From positions 416,001 to 480,000 of the forward strand of contig JBHLNF010000001.1 in assembly GCA_048937405.1 (NCBI GenBank): 64,000 nt of DNA. The letters run 5' to 3'. Source of the stretch: Promethearchaeota archaeon. GTDB taxonomy: Archaea > Asgardarchaeota > Lokiarchaeia > Sigyniarchaeales > SOKP01. Made by a program: the position numbers and the translations under genes. This document shows, one piece after another, positions 27,839 to 38,300 of this stretch. How positions within the stretch are numbered: the stretch's first letter is position 1; each line of letters opens with the position of its first letter. Below the pieces are notes generated by a model that saw only the letters and a list, made by a program, of their open reading frames with translations, was not told the DNA's origin and ran no database searches.

Positions 27839-28522
27839 TTGTTGATAAAATTTATGAAATTACCTAAAGAACTGAAAAAAAAACAAAAACAAACACAAGA
27901 AAAAAAAACAAAAAAATCAACAAGAAAAAAGAGAAAGCAATATATAGCTAAACCTAAAGAGACACAATATGCTGTTAGACCTAAAAAGAAATTTACAGAA
28001 ACTTTTGCGCCTTATGCAATAATAATTGCTGTTGTGTTTGTTGTAATCATTGTCGTTGTAGCAACTACATCGGATAATTCAAATACTAGCACAGATAATT
28101 CAAATTCTTATCAAACTGATATAACATTTAAAACAATTAACGGAGGGACAATTAAATTAGCAGATCATCAAGGCGAAATTGTTCTTTTATTTTTCTTTGA
28201 TTTAGATTGTCCTCCTTGTAGTCCTGAATCAGAAATTATAAGCAATATTGATGATGATTATTCTAACAGTCAACTGTATATAGTTCTTATAACAGTGCAT
28301 TCATATGATTCCAATGATGGTTTAAACCTATTTAAAAATGATCATAATTTGAATTCCCCTATAGTTCGTGATGATAGTTTTAACAGTTATAGTGCGCCTT
28401 TTAATATTGCATATACCCCTACAACCATTTTATTAGATAGGGATGGAGCAGAGGTTCAAAGATTTATTGGTTATGATGCTAATCATTATAACCAAATAAA
28501 AAATGCTATTAATAGTTTGTAA
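27839..28522 (+). CDS. membrane-anchored TlpA/ResA-like thioredoxin
   Basis: Basic N-terminus, TM helix, CPPC, YTPTTILLDRDG. Confidence 0.85.
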   Translation: MLIKFMKLPKELKKKQKQTQEKKTKKSTRKKRKQYIAKPKETQYAVRPKKKFTETFAPYAIIIAVVFVVIIVVVATTSDNSNTSTDNSNSYQTDITFKTINGGTIKLADHQGEIVLLFFFDLDCPPCSPESEIISNIDDDYSNSQLYIVLITVHSYDSNDGLNLFKNDHNLNSPIVRDDSFNSYSAPFNIAYTPTTILLDRDGAEVQRFIGYDANHYNQIKNAINSL

Positions 28523-28575
28523 AAAAACATAATAATTGAATTCATAAAGTCAAAACACAAAATTTTCCAAAAAAA

Positions 28576-29340
28576 ATGAATGAGATTTTCCTCTTTTTCT
28601 TAGCTATTGCTGGGGGGTTGATTTCTTTTTTAACACCATGTAATTTAGTGACATTACCATCTTTTATGTTATATTTAGCCAGTCAAACGAATACTCCAAA
28701 AAAGGCTTTTTTAATGAGTTTATTTTTCTCTCTAGGATTTATTTTAATGTTTTCTGTAATTGCTACCCTATATATTGTTATTTCTGGTTTTATAAGGTTT
28801 ACTTTTTGGTTAAAATTGTTTTCTGGATTAACAATAATCATTTTATCAATTTACATTTTTTTGGCTAAGCAATTTACAAGAACCCAACAAATTTTAAGCA
28901 TATCTGAAAATAATAATATCAAACAGGAGGAAACAGAAATCAATACAGAGGAATCCATATCACAAAATATAGATGCTAATACTTATGATAATGAATTATT
29001 GAAATATGAAGGGTATAGTGGTTCATTTTTGCTTGGTTTTTCGATGGGATTTTCATGGATAGGGTGTATAACACCTATTTATTTATCTATTGTATTGATT
29101 GTAAGTGATCAAGCGGATCTTGGCTTAGGGATCGTTTTATTTACTTGTTATTCTTTAGGAATTATGATCCCCTTCATAATTATTGGATCCTTAATAGGCA
29201 CAATTAAACAAAGATTTTTTGTTAAATTAATTAGGATTGGATCCAAATTGCAAAGAATTTTTGCAATTTTATTATTGTATATAGGTATTGAAATCACTTT
29301 AGGAGCATTTGGAATACCCGGTTTATTACCTTTCTTTTGA
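28576..29340 (+). CDS. ccdA: CcdA/DsbD-family membrane electron transporter
   Basis: GLISFLTPC..LP and WIGCITP. Confidence 0.85.
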   Translation: MNEIFLFFLAIAGGLISFLTPCNLVTLPSFMLYLASQTNTPKKAFLMSLFFSLGFILMFSVIATLYIVISGFIRFTFWLKLFSGLTIIILSIYIFLAKQFTRTQQILSISENNNIKQEETEINTEESISQNIDANTYDNELLKYEGYSGSFLLGFSMGFSWIGCITPIYLSIVLIVSDQADLGLGIVLFTCYSLGIMIPFIIIGSLIGTIKQRFFVKLIRIGSKLQRIFAILLLYIGIEITLGAFGIPGLLPFF

Positions 29341-29413
29341 TTAAGATATAGAAGATAATTTTCCTTTTTCCCTAATCAATTCATTTTAAATGAATCATTT
29401 AAAGAAAACCTTA

Positions 29414-31798
29414 TTAATAGTAAGTATTTGTCATTCTATCTTCTTCTAATTCTACAGGATAACCTTTTCTATGCCACATTATCATCCCCCCCGTCAAATT
29501 TCGGATATCTTTAAATCCTGTTTGTGCTAAAATTTGAGCTGCCATCATAGATCGAGAACCAGAGTGGCAAATCGAGATGATTTCTTCGTCTTTATATTCC
29601 TTAATAACCTCTGGATTATTCATTAATTTTCCTAATGGAATTAATTTAGTATTTTTGATATGCCCTTGTGGACTATGGTATTCTTGGGGTGTACGAACAT
29701 CGATCATAAGTGCTGGTTCATCTTCGGTACTAATGCGTTCAAATAATTCATCAGCACTAATTTCTGAAACAGGAGGAGCATCAGGAGCCCTTAATTCTTT
29801 TCTGGTTTTCTTCTTAGCTGGAGGGGCAACTTCAAGAGGTTTAACCCTTTTTAACGTTGCGACTAGCTTCCCCCTCTCTTTCCCTAGATATAATAATTCA
29901 ATATTTTCATTTAATTTAGAATAAGCCTCAACACTAGATTTAAACCCAGGATCAGTAGCAAAAATTTTTAATTTCTTGTTTTCAGGTAATGATTCAAGTC
30001 CTTTAATTAAAGCGTTCAATGGACCTGGACATGACAATCCACTGGCATCTATTTCTATATAATCTTCACTTTCAATACTCTTTTGATAAACAAATTCCTC
30101 AATTGCATTTTCAGACCCTCCGCATGCTGCCATAATTTCTTCTGTAGTTGCGTTCGCCATCTCATATATTTTAAAGCCCCCAGTAAGTTCATAGACCTTC
30201 TTAAAACCACTTTGCAATAGAATTCTTAATGCTAAATAACTTCTATATCCAACTTCACAATACACATAAATCGGTTTGTCTTTAGATATCTCATCTAAAC
30301 GGTTTCTTAGTTCCTCAATTTGGATATTTATGGAGCCTTCAATGTTTCTAGCTGAAAATTCTTCTTTGGTTCGAACATCTAATAAGATGCTCCCATTATT
30401 GGAAATCTGGCTATAATCATGCCAATGCCAAATAGGCATATCCTCTCTAAGATAATTAGCAGCAACAAAACCTGCTATATTTACAGGATCCTTCGCAGAA
30501 CCATAGGGAGGAGCGTAAGTTAGCTCTAATTCTTCTAAATCAAAAACAGTCCCATTAAATTGTATCACAGTTGAGATTACATCAATTCTTTTTTCTGTAC
30601 CTGGACCACCAACAGCTTGCGCTCCAAGAATTTTCCCATTTGGAACTTCAAAAATTAGTTTTAAAGTTATTGGTATTGCTCCAGGATAATAACCTGCATG
30701 ATTATTGGGATGAATATAGATCTTATTATAATCAATATTAAGGTTTTTCAGTTGTTTTTCTGTTAATCCCACAGAAGCAACTGTTACATCAAAAATCTTA
30801 ACAACAGAAGCCCCTAAAACACCTTTATATTCAGAATCTCTTCCTGCAATGTTATCTGCTGCGATTCTACCCTGTTTATTTGCTGGACCCGCTAACGCAA
30901 TAGAAATTGGTTGTTTTGTTTGAAGATGTTTAACTTGAACAATATCTCCCACTGCATAAATATTTGAATCAGAAGTTTGCATTTTATTGTTAACAATAAT
31001 ATATCCTTTCTCAGTTATTTCCAAACCTGCATCTTTGCCAAGTTTGCTTTCTGGTCTAATTCCAATGGATAAAATAACTAGATCAGTTTCTATCACTCTA
31101 CCACTTTTTGTTTTAACAAACGAGTTATTTTGATCCGTTCTCCCAAAAGAATCTACAGGATCTTCCAAAACTAAACAAACTCCGTTTAAAATTAATTCTT
31201 GGTGTATGAATTGTGCAATTTCTTTATCTATTGGTGGCATAACTTGGTCCAACATCTCTACAATTTTAACTTTCACTCCTTTTTCTACTAAGTTTTCTGC
31301 CATTTCTAATCCAATAAAACCTCCCCCAACAATGACAGCATTTTTAATATCATATTGATCAACATATTCACGTATTTTAATGGCATCTGGGATTGTCCAT
31401 ACGGTATAATATGGAACTTTATTTAATCCCTCAAATTGAGGAACTATTGGTTTTGAACCTGTTGCAAGAATCAAATAATCATAATCAAGTACATATTCAT
31501 TTAATTTTATTAAATCTTTTACTTTCACTTGATTTTTCTTTCTATCAATTACGAGTACCTCATTATTGACCCGTACGTCAATATTGAATCTCTCAAGGAA
31601 CCTTTCAGGAGTAACTAATTCTAAAGACTCACGATCCTTTATTATATTCCCCACATAATATGGTAATCCACAATTTGCAAATGATACATATGGACCTCGA
31701 TCTAACATAATAATTTCAAATTCTTCTCTCAAGCGTCTGAGTCTAGCAGCGGCAGAAGCTCCACCGGCAACCCCACCAACAATTATTACTCGTTTCAT
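29414..31798 (-). CDS. CoA-disulfide reductase fused to rhodanese, TusA-like and second rhodanese domains
   Basis: GGVAGGASAA, SFANCGLPY, YAPPYG; YCEVGYRS; GLSCPGP; CHSGSRS. Confidence 0.92.
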   Translation of the reverse strand: MKRVIIVGGVAGGASAAARLRRLREEFEIIMLDRGPYVSFANCGLPYYVGNIIKDRESLELVTPERFLERFNIDVRVNNEVLVIDRKKNQVKVKDLIKLNEYVLDYDYLILATGSKPIVPQFEGLNKVPYYTVWTIPDAIKIREYVDQYDIKNAVIVGGGFIGLEMAENLVEKGVKVKIVEMLDQVMPPIDKEIAQFIHQELILNGVCLVLEDPVDSFGRTDQNNSFVKTKSGRVIETDLVILSIGIRPESKLGKDAGLEITEKGYIIVNNKMQTSDSNIYAVGDIVQVKHLQTKQPISIALAGPANKQGRIAADNIAGRDSEYKGVLGASVVKIFDVTVASVGLTEKQLKNLNIDYNKIYIHPNNHAGYYPGAIPITLKLIFEVPNGKILGAQAVGGPGTEKRIDVISTVIQFNGTVFDLEELELTYAPPYGSAKDPVNIAGFVAANYLREDMPIWHWHDYSQISNNGSILLDVRTKEEFSARNIEGSINIQIEELRNRLDEISKDKPIYVYCEVGYRSYLALRILLQSGFKKVYELTGGFKIYEMANATTEEIMAACGGSENAIEEFVYQKSIESEDYIEIDASGLSCPGPLNALIKGLESLPENKKLKIFATDPGFKSSVEAYSKLNENIELLYLGKERGKLVATLKRVKPLEVAPPAKKKTRKELRAPDAPPVSEISADELFERISTEDEPALMIDVRTPQEYHSPQGHIKNTKLIPLGKLMNNPEVIKEYKDEEIISICHSGSRSMMAAQILAQTGFKDIRNLTGGMIMWHRKGYPVELEEDRMTNTYY

Positions 31799-31996
31799 TT
31801 TATACTTCTCATTGATATTTTTTAAAACTCTATACTCAAAATTTAATTATTTAACACATTAGATTGGATTTAAAGATGTTTATTATGAATTAAATTAAAT
31901 AATAAAAAGAGATTTAATTCAATTTAATTTTTCTAATTAATTTTATTTATGAACTATAATTTGAAAAATATTCGAAAAAGAGAAAATTCAGTAAAA

Positions 31997-32542
31997 TTAA
32001 TTATTTAATTCGATTTTTTGATGAATTATGTGTATTTTTGATATAGTTCCTTTTACGGGACATACTTCTTCTACTTTATTTAGAATTCGCTCAATTTTTT
32101 TAAAATTCTCTTCAGTTTTAAGATTCCAAGTAATAGTTAAATTAAAAAATCCTGGAAAAGGTTCTTTCTTAGGCTTTAATGCACTTCTTTGATCATATTC
32201 TGCTTCTACTTTAACTTTAATAGAATCTACCTTTATATTCATATAAGATAAATATAGAAGTGCTGTAATTTCTAAGCAATTAGCAAAAGAAGCTAATAAC
32301 ATTGGCATCGGACCGGGAATTTTACCTGAACCACCTAAATCTTTTGGACCATCACACTCTATTTCATAATCATTTACTTTTGCTTTAACGTGCAAATTAT
32401 TAATCTGCTCTGATATTGCAGCCATTTTTACAATAAATAATTCATCGCCTTTAGCGGTGTCTTTTTCTTTATTCATTTTTTTAGAGCGGATTTCATATGC
32501 TTTTAGAGAGTCATCTGAGACTAACTTTTTATTCATAGTCAT
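31997..32542 (-). CDS. OsmC-family protein
   Basis: DGPKDLGG..PGPMPMLLASFANC..CPV. Confidence 0.85.
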   Translation of the reverse strand: MTMNKKLVSDDSLKAYEIRSKKMNKEKDTAKGDELFIVKMAAISEQINNLHVKAKVNDYEIECDGPKDLGGSGKIPGPMPMLLASFANCLEITALLYLSYMNIKVDSIKVKVEAEYDQRSALKPKKEPFPGFFNLTITWNLKTEENFKKIERILNKVEEVCPVKGTISKIHIIHQKIELNN

Positions 32543-32651
32543 ATAAAATTTTTTATTTGCTATATTAATTTCGATGAACTTAAACAGTAATGAATAATTA
32601 TAAAGAAATACAACATTAAAAATTTCTAAATCCTTATTAAGGAGTTTAAGA

Positions 32652-33785
32652 ATGAATGAAGAGGAATTAATCAGGGAAATTCAGTCATGTATAGATTGTA
32701 AAATTTGTTTGGATCTTTGTGATACATATAAGGTTACTGGAGATGAATTAAAATCTCCCAATGGAAGATTAAAAATCGTAGATAAAGTCTTTTCTAATAT
32801 AGAAATTTCTAATGAAGAATTAATCGGACTTTATACTTGTACTTTATGTGCAATGTGTGATTTAGGCTGCCAACAAGAAATAAAAATATCAGAAATTGTT
32901 CATTCATCAAAAGTAAAATTAGTAGAAATGAATAAAGCACCATTAGATATACATAATAAAATTATTAAAGGAATTATTGAAAAAGATAATTCTGTGGGTG
33001 GAGAACCAGATGATAGATTAAATTGGTTACCTGAAAGACATAGGAAGGAAGAAGTGTTTGAGAATAAAAATTCAGATACTCTTTTATATTTTGGCTGTAT
33101 GTCTTCTTTTCGAGTTAAAGAGAGTGCTACATATCCTTATGGAATCTTAAAAAATGCTGGTTATGATTTCAAAATTTTAAAAAATGAACCATGTTGTGGG
33201 GAATATGTATATTCTGCGGGAAATCTTGAACTCGCAAAAAATATTTTTGAAGAAAATATTAAACTCTTTAGAAGAATAGGAATAAAAAACTTAATTGTTA
33301 CATGCGGTGGATGTTTATATGCTTTTGATAAAGTTTACAGAAAATATTTTGAAGATTTTGATTTAAATGTAAGACATATAGTTGATGTAATATACGAGTT
33401 GGAAAAAGAAGGAAGAGTAATTTTAAAACCTTTAGATAAGGTGATTACATACCATGATCCATGTCGATTAGGGAGAAAATACAAAAATGGATCTCTATAT
33501 ACTGAGCCACGAGAACTTTTAAAGAAATGTGGTTTAACTATAAAAGAATTGACTCCTGATCCAGAAGCAACACCTTGCTGTGGTGCAGGATCAGGAATCA
33601 GAGGGGTTGATAGTAGTATTTGTATTAAAATTGGCAAAGATTTATTTAATCATGTAGAAACAAAAGAGATTGCTACATCTTGTCCTTTATGTGTGTTTAA
33701 TTTTAGATATGTAAACTATAAAAATCAAGTGGAAAAAAAAAGTAAATATTTTACTGATTATATTTTAGATTCAATGAAAAAATAA
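32652..33785 (+). CDS. HdrD/GlpC-like (Fe-S)-binding protein with CCG domains
   Basis: CIDCKICLDLC, CTLCAMC, CCG, YHDPCRLGR, CCGAG, TSCPLC. Confidence 0.88.
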   Translation: MNEEELIREIQSCIDCKICLDLCDTYKVTGDELKSPNGRLKIVDKVFSNIEISNEELIGLYTCTLCAMCDLGCQQEIKISEIVHSSKVKLVEMNKAPLDIHNKIIKGIIEKDNSVGGEPDDRLNWLPERHRKEEVFENKNSDTLLYFGCMSSFRVKESATYPYGILKNAGYDFKILKNEPCCGEYVYSAGNLELAKNIFEENIKLFRRIGIKNLIVTCGGCLYAFDKVYRKYFEDFDLNVRHIVDVIYELEKEGRVILKPLDKVITYHDPCRLGRKYKNGSLYTEPRELLKKCGLTIKELTPDPEATPCCGAGSGIRGVDSSICIKIGKDLFNHVETKEIATSCPLCVFNFRYVNYKNQVEKKSKYFTDYILDSMKK

Positions 33786-33790
33786 AAAAA

Positions 33791-34591
33791 TTAACTTCTA
33801 TTATCTAAAATGATTACAGCATCCACAAAAAGTTCATAATTCTCGTCCTCATCGAAGTCATGAATAACAACCTTATCAACTTCATCTAATTCTCCTTTAA
33901 TTTCATTGAGTTCTGATTGTTGCACAATTTTTACATCAGAATGTTTCAATCTTTTTGCAATTTCCACAGTACCTGGAATTTCTTTTGCAGAAGTTAACAC
34001 TATAACTCTCCCTGTATATTCAGTTAATTTGAGGGCTAGTTCTAAAGACTCATCGCCGGTGTCTACAATTAATATTCTCTTTTCCCTTAATTCTTCAAGA
34101 TCAGGAACTTCCGTATATACTCCTTTCCCTTTAAACTCATCAACCCCCAATATTACTCGTACATCTAGTTGACATGAAGTAACCACCTCTATATCTGGTT
34201 TTGTTCCCTCACGATAGTTATTTATCGCAGCTTTTAATGCATCTGCGGCTAAATTTGAACAGTGCATTTTGATTGGTGGTAAACCGTCCAGTTCTTCTGC
34301 TACATCACTTCGAGTAATTTTATATGCATCATCAAGTGTCATCCCTTTTGCCATCTCTGTAACCATCGATGAAGTTGATACTGCAGATCCACATCCAAAA
34401 GTCTTAAATTTAATATCCTCAATAATCTCTTCCCCTTTATCATTTTTCCCAATTTTAAGAAACATTTCCATTAAATCTCCGCAAACTGGGTTTCCCACTT
34501 TTCCATATCCATCAGGATTTTCAATTTCACCTACATTTCGTGGATTCCGAAAATGGTCCATTACTTTATCGGTATATTTATGTACACTCAT
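33791..34591 (-). CDS. iscU: Fe-S scaffold IscU/NifU with C-terminal TrxB-like domain
   Basis: HFRNPRNVG, GNPVCGD, FGCGSA, LPPIKMHCS. Confidence 0.92.
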   Translation of the reverse strand: MSVHKYTDKVMDHFRNPRNVGEIENPDGYGKVGNPVCGDLMEMFLKIGKNDKGEEIIEDIKFKTFGCGSAVSTSSMVTEMAKGMTLDDAYKITRSDVAEELDGLPPIKMHCSNLAADALKAAINNYREGTKPDIEVVTSCQLDVRVILGVDEFKGKGVYTEVPDLEELREKRILIVDTGDESLELALKLTEYTGRVIVLTSAKEIPGTVEIAKRLKHSDVKIVQQSELNEIKGELDEVDKVVIHDFDEDENYELFVDAVIILDNRS

Positions 34592-35782
34592 TTAATTTTC
34601 CTCCTCTTTTAATTTTTGTAATAAATCTGAAGGTGTTAGTGGTGATAAAATTCTTAATCTTCTTATTATTCCCGGCAAAACTTCTATAATTTTATCAATA
34701 TCTTTCTCTTCAGAAAATCTCCCTAAGGATATTAGTAAACTCCCATGCGCTTCCTCATGTAATAGACCACATGAGATAAGTGTATGAGATGGTTCTAGGG
34801 TTTTTGAAGAGCAAGCAGAACCTGTTGCCACCTCCACTTTCTCATCCTTTAAGGAAAGAAGTAACGATTCACCTTCAATATAATCAAACCGGAAATTGGC
34901 GTTATGAGGCGTTCTTTTCTCAGGATGTCCATTAAGATGTGATTTAGGTATCTTTAGAATTTCTCTAATTAATTTATCCCTAAGAATTTTTAACCTTGCA
35001 GCTTCTTCATTTATTTCTGCCTTCATTATCTCTGCTGCCTTTGCAAAACCAACAATTCCAGACATATTTTCAGAGCCAGATCTCATCCCTTTCTCCTGAC
35101 CACCTCCAATAATAATTGGATTTACTCTTACACCTTTTTTCATATAAAGTGCTCCTACACCTCTCGGTCCGTAAATATCATTCGAAGATAAGGTCAGTAA
35201 ATCAAATGGTACTTTTTGTACGTCAATAGGAACGGTACTTTCACTTGCTACTGCATCAGAATGAAACCAGATTTTTTTCTTATTAGCAATTTCTGCAATT
35301 TCTTCTACAGGTTGAAGCGACCCTATCTCATTACTCGCTGTTGATATTGAGATTAGGGTTGTTTCATCAGTTATTAATCGTTCTAATTTGCTCAGATTAA
35401 CAATACCAAATCTGTCTACAGGAACTCTACTTACTTTAAATCCTTGTTTCTCCAAGTATTTTCCTATATTTAAAATCGAAATATGTTCTATCTCTGAAAT
35501 GATAATGTGATTTCCTTTTCTCTTATTTCGAAGAACCGCTCCAATTATTCCTAGATTATTTGATTCTGTAGCTCCAGATGTAAATATTATGTTATCTGGA
35601 TCTGGAGCATTAATAAATTCGGCAATTTTCTTCCGAGATTCTTCTAATTTATTTGTAGCAACATAACCTAAATTATGTAATGAAGATGGATTACCAAATT
35701 CCTCGGTAAAATAGGATTTCATAACTTTAAATACTCTCGGATCAACAGGTTTAGCTGCTTGGTAATCTAAATATACACTCAA
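34592..35782 (-). CDS. iscS: cysteine desulfurase
   Basis: FGNPSSLH, TSGATESNN, GGGQEKGMRSG, TGSACSS; the usual PLP Lys in SxHK reads SSND. Confidence 0.85.
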   Translation of the reverse strand: MSVYLDYQAAKPVDPRVFKVMKSYFTEEFGNPSSLHNLGYVATNKLEESRKKIAEFINAPDPDNIIFTSGATESNNLGIIGAVLRNKRKGNHIIISEIEHISILNIGKYLEKQGFKVSRVPVDRFGIVNLSKLERLITDETTLISISTASNEIGSLQPVEEIAEIANKKKIWFHSDAVASESTVPIDVQKVPFDLLTLSSNDIYGPRGVGALYMKKGVRVNPIIIGGGQEKGMRSGSENMSGIVGFAKAAEIMKAEINEEAARLKILRDKLIREILKIPKSHLNGHPEKRTPHNANFRFDYIEGESLLLSLKDEKVEVATGSACSSKTLEPSHTLISCGLLHEEAHGSLLISLGRFSEEKDIDKIIEVLPGIIRRLRILSPLTPSDLLQKLKEEEN

Positions 35783-35797
35783 TACTTTTACCTCTTC

Positions 35798-36079
35798 TTA
35801 TTTTGTTTTCTTAAATACAAATATTAAATCATCGCCATCTTTACTAAATTCTACTACCTTTGTATCTGTTCTTTTGGCCCATCTTTTAAGATCCTCTTCT
35901 GCAGCTGGATCATCGGCGATAACTTTAAAACACTGTCCTTCACTAAGAGTTTCACTTAAATTTCTTACTTCAAATAATGGTTCGGGACAATATAAACCAC
36001 GAGTATCCAATTCCTCGTCAATTTTCATACCTTTACTTTGCTTATTATTCAATTCAAAAACCTCCTTAAAGGGATTCAT
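35798..36079 (-). CDS. tusA: TusA-family sulfurtransferase (true start probably downstream TTG/ATG)
   Basis: LDTRGLYCPEP, ADDPAAEEDL. Confidence 0.85.
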   Translation of the reverse strand: MNPFKEVFELNNKQSKGMKIDEELDTRGLYCPEPLFEVRNLSETLSEGQCFKVIADDPAAEEDLKRWAKRTDTKVVEFSKDGDDLIFVFKKTK

Positions 36080-36272
36080 TTTTCATATTCCTTGAGATAT
36101 AAACGATTCAAAAAGAGTATAAATCTTCTTATTATAATTTAATGACAATAATAATATCTAAGAAAAATGCATAAAACATATCAAATAATACGTTTATAAA
36201 ATATAAATATAACCTAATAGGATGATCTATCGAGTAAAAATAAAAAACAAAATCTAGTACTATAAATATTTA

Positions 36273-36908
36273 TTATTCAATCCCAGAAAGTCTTTTTATA
36301 TGTCTCACTCCATCAACAGCATCATCAGCATAGTCATCCGCCCCTAGTCTTTTAGCAAGTTCCATATTTAAGGGAGCACCTCCAACAATTAATTTAACAT
36401 TGTTTCGAATTCCTGCTGCTTTCAAAGCTTCATGAACAACCTTTATTTGTTCTACTGTCATAGTTAATAAAGTACTTAAAGCTATAATCTTTGCTCCAGT
36501 TTCTTTTACCTTATCTACTATTATTTTTTCATCTACATCCATCCCTAAATCATAAAGTTCAAAACCAGAACTTAAAAGAAGAGAACCTAAAATATTCTTT
36601 CCAATATCGTGATTATCTCCTTTTACAGTACATATAATTACTTTTATTTTATCTTCTTTATTGTCCACAGTAGCTAAAACAGGTTTCAAAATATTAAAAG
36701 CTTCCTTCATCGTTTCTCCTGCTAAAACAAGTTCAGTTAAATAATACTCTTTTTCTTCATATAGATGTCCCACTTCGTCCATACCTTTTGTTAAAGCGTC
36801 TAATATTTCAAAAGCGTCTTTACCCTCATTTAATGCCTCTCTCACAGCATCTGCTATATCATCTACTTCTAATTCAATTACCAAATCCGTTAATTTTTCA
36901 AAATCCAT
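36273..36908 (-). CDS. corrinoid (B12-binding) methyltransferase protein
   Basis: GDNHDIGKNI, STLLT, VGGAP. Confidence 0.92.
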   Translation of the reverse strand: MDFEKLTDLVIELEVDDIADAVREALNEGKDAFEILDALTKGMDEVGHLYEEKEYYLTELVLAGETMKEAFNILKPVLATVDNKEDKIKVIICTVKGDNHDIGKNILGSLLLSSGFELYDLGMDVDEKIIVDKVKETGAKIIALSTLLTMTVEQIKVVHEALKAAGIRNNVKLIVGGAPLNMELAKRLGADDYADDAVDGVRHIKRLSGIE

Positions 36909-37493
36909 CCAAATCTACTTCTTCTTATGAATTTAATCCCAAAAGGTAATTAAATTAAATTAAATTTATCCTTTAAATATTATTTTAAAAAAATAAACCA
37001 TAAATGTAAAAAATTTAAAAAACAAAAAAAAGAGAGTGAGGGATGATGAGAAAAGTTCAAAATCTTAAATGTCCAAGATTTTGGAATAAAATTTAGTTAC
37101 CATTTTAATTAGGAAATTCCTCATTAAAGTTGATATGACTTCAATTTTAGGGGATATTATTTGTATTTTCTCAATCTTCCCTCTAGATTATTAATATGAT
37201 ACTTTCGTATTTAAATTTATTTTATTTTAAAACTATAAAATTTGGATAGATAAGATATAAATAAGAATTAGAACCGAATTCTTGGACTTTTTAATGGATT
37301 TGAGATAAAAAATGCTGAATTAGACTGATATAATCATTAAAATGATTCAGAAATCAAAATATTGATAACCCAATATTCAGTTTTCTTCATGATATTGATG
37401 TCTTTTGATAATTCATTTTATATATTTTACAATATTTTTGCACTTTAAGATATTTGACGCTAAAAATATAAATCACTAATAATTATAAACCTC

Positions 37494-38285
37494 GTGTCGG
37501 AAAAAGAAAATTCTTTTAACAAAATTCCTCAAAGAAGTTCATCAGATAGTTATAATGGTAAAAATGATTTATTAAGTGATATTTCCAAAAATTTCGCCAT
37601 TTTCTGTGAAGAAATAGTTAAAGAATATGAAATTGGAGATTTTATTGTCAGAGCAGTAGATCATGTGTCTTTTTCAATAGATGATGGAGAATTTCTGGTA
37701 ATTAAAGGACCAAGTGGTGCAGGTAAGACATCATTATTAAATCTAATAGGTGGTTTGGATTCTCCAAACAGTGGTGATATTTATAGTTTTGGGGTCAAAA
37801 TCTCAGATATGGAAGAGGAATCATTAGCAACTTGGAGATTGTTAAATTCTGGATTTGTATTTCAGAATTATAATCTTATTAGTACTCTTACTGCAGAGGA
37901 AAACGTAATGTTTCCTATGAATCTCTCTGGAATAGAATTTAAAGAGCAAAGAAAACGAGCAGTACAATTATTGACTCAAATGCATCTTGAGGATAGAAGA
38001 GAACATCTACCTTTCCAGTTGTCTGCTGGAGAACAGCAAAGAGTGGCTATAGCAAGAGCACTGGCAAATGATCCTCCAGTTATTATTGCTGATGAACCTA
38101 CAGCAAATTTAGATAAAAAAACTAGCAGATTTATCAGAGATCTTTTTAATGATTTAAAAAATAATATTAGAACTATTATAATTGCTACTCATGATGACTA
38201 TTTAATAAGTTTAGCTGATAGAATTATTTCATTTGATGATGGGCGAATTATCAAAGAAGAAAGAACTAATATTAATAAAAAATAA
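37494..38285 (+). CDS. ABC transporter ATPase (LolD/MacB type)
   Basis: GPSGAGKT, LSAGEQQRVAIARAL, ADEPT. Confidence 0.92.
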   Translation: MSEKENSFNKIPQRSSSDSYNGKNDLLSDISKNFAIFCEEIVKEYEIGDFIVRAVDHVSFSIDDGEFLVIKGPSGAGKTSLLNLIGGLDSPNSGDIYSFGVKISDMEEESLATWRLLNSGFVFQNYNLISTLTAEENVMFPMNLSGIEFKEQRKRAVQLLTQMHLEDRREHLPFQLSAGEQQRVAIARALANDPPVIIADEPTANLDKKTSRFIRDLFNDLKNNIRTIIIATHDDYLISLADRIISFDDGRIIKEERTNINKK

Positions 38286-38300
38286 TAAAATCCTTAAAAA

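Noticed and set aside
37058-37083. Inverted repeat CAAAATCTT-N8-AAGATTTTG upstream of the corrinoid gene
   Set aside because: Single AT-rich occurrence with no second copy or recognisable cobalamin riboswitch core
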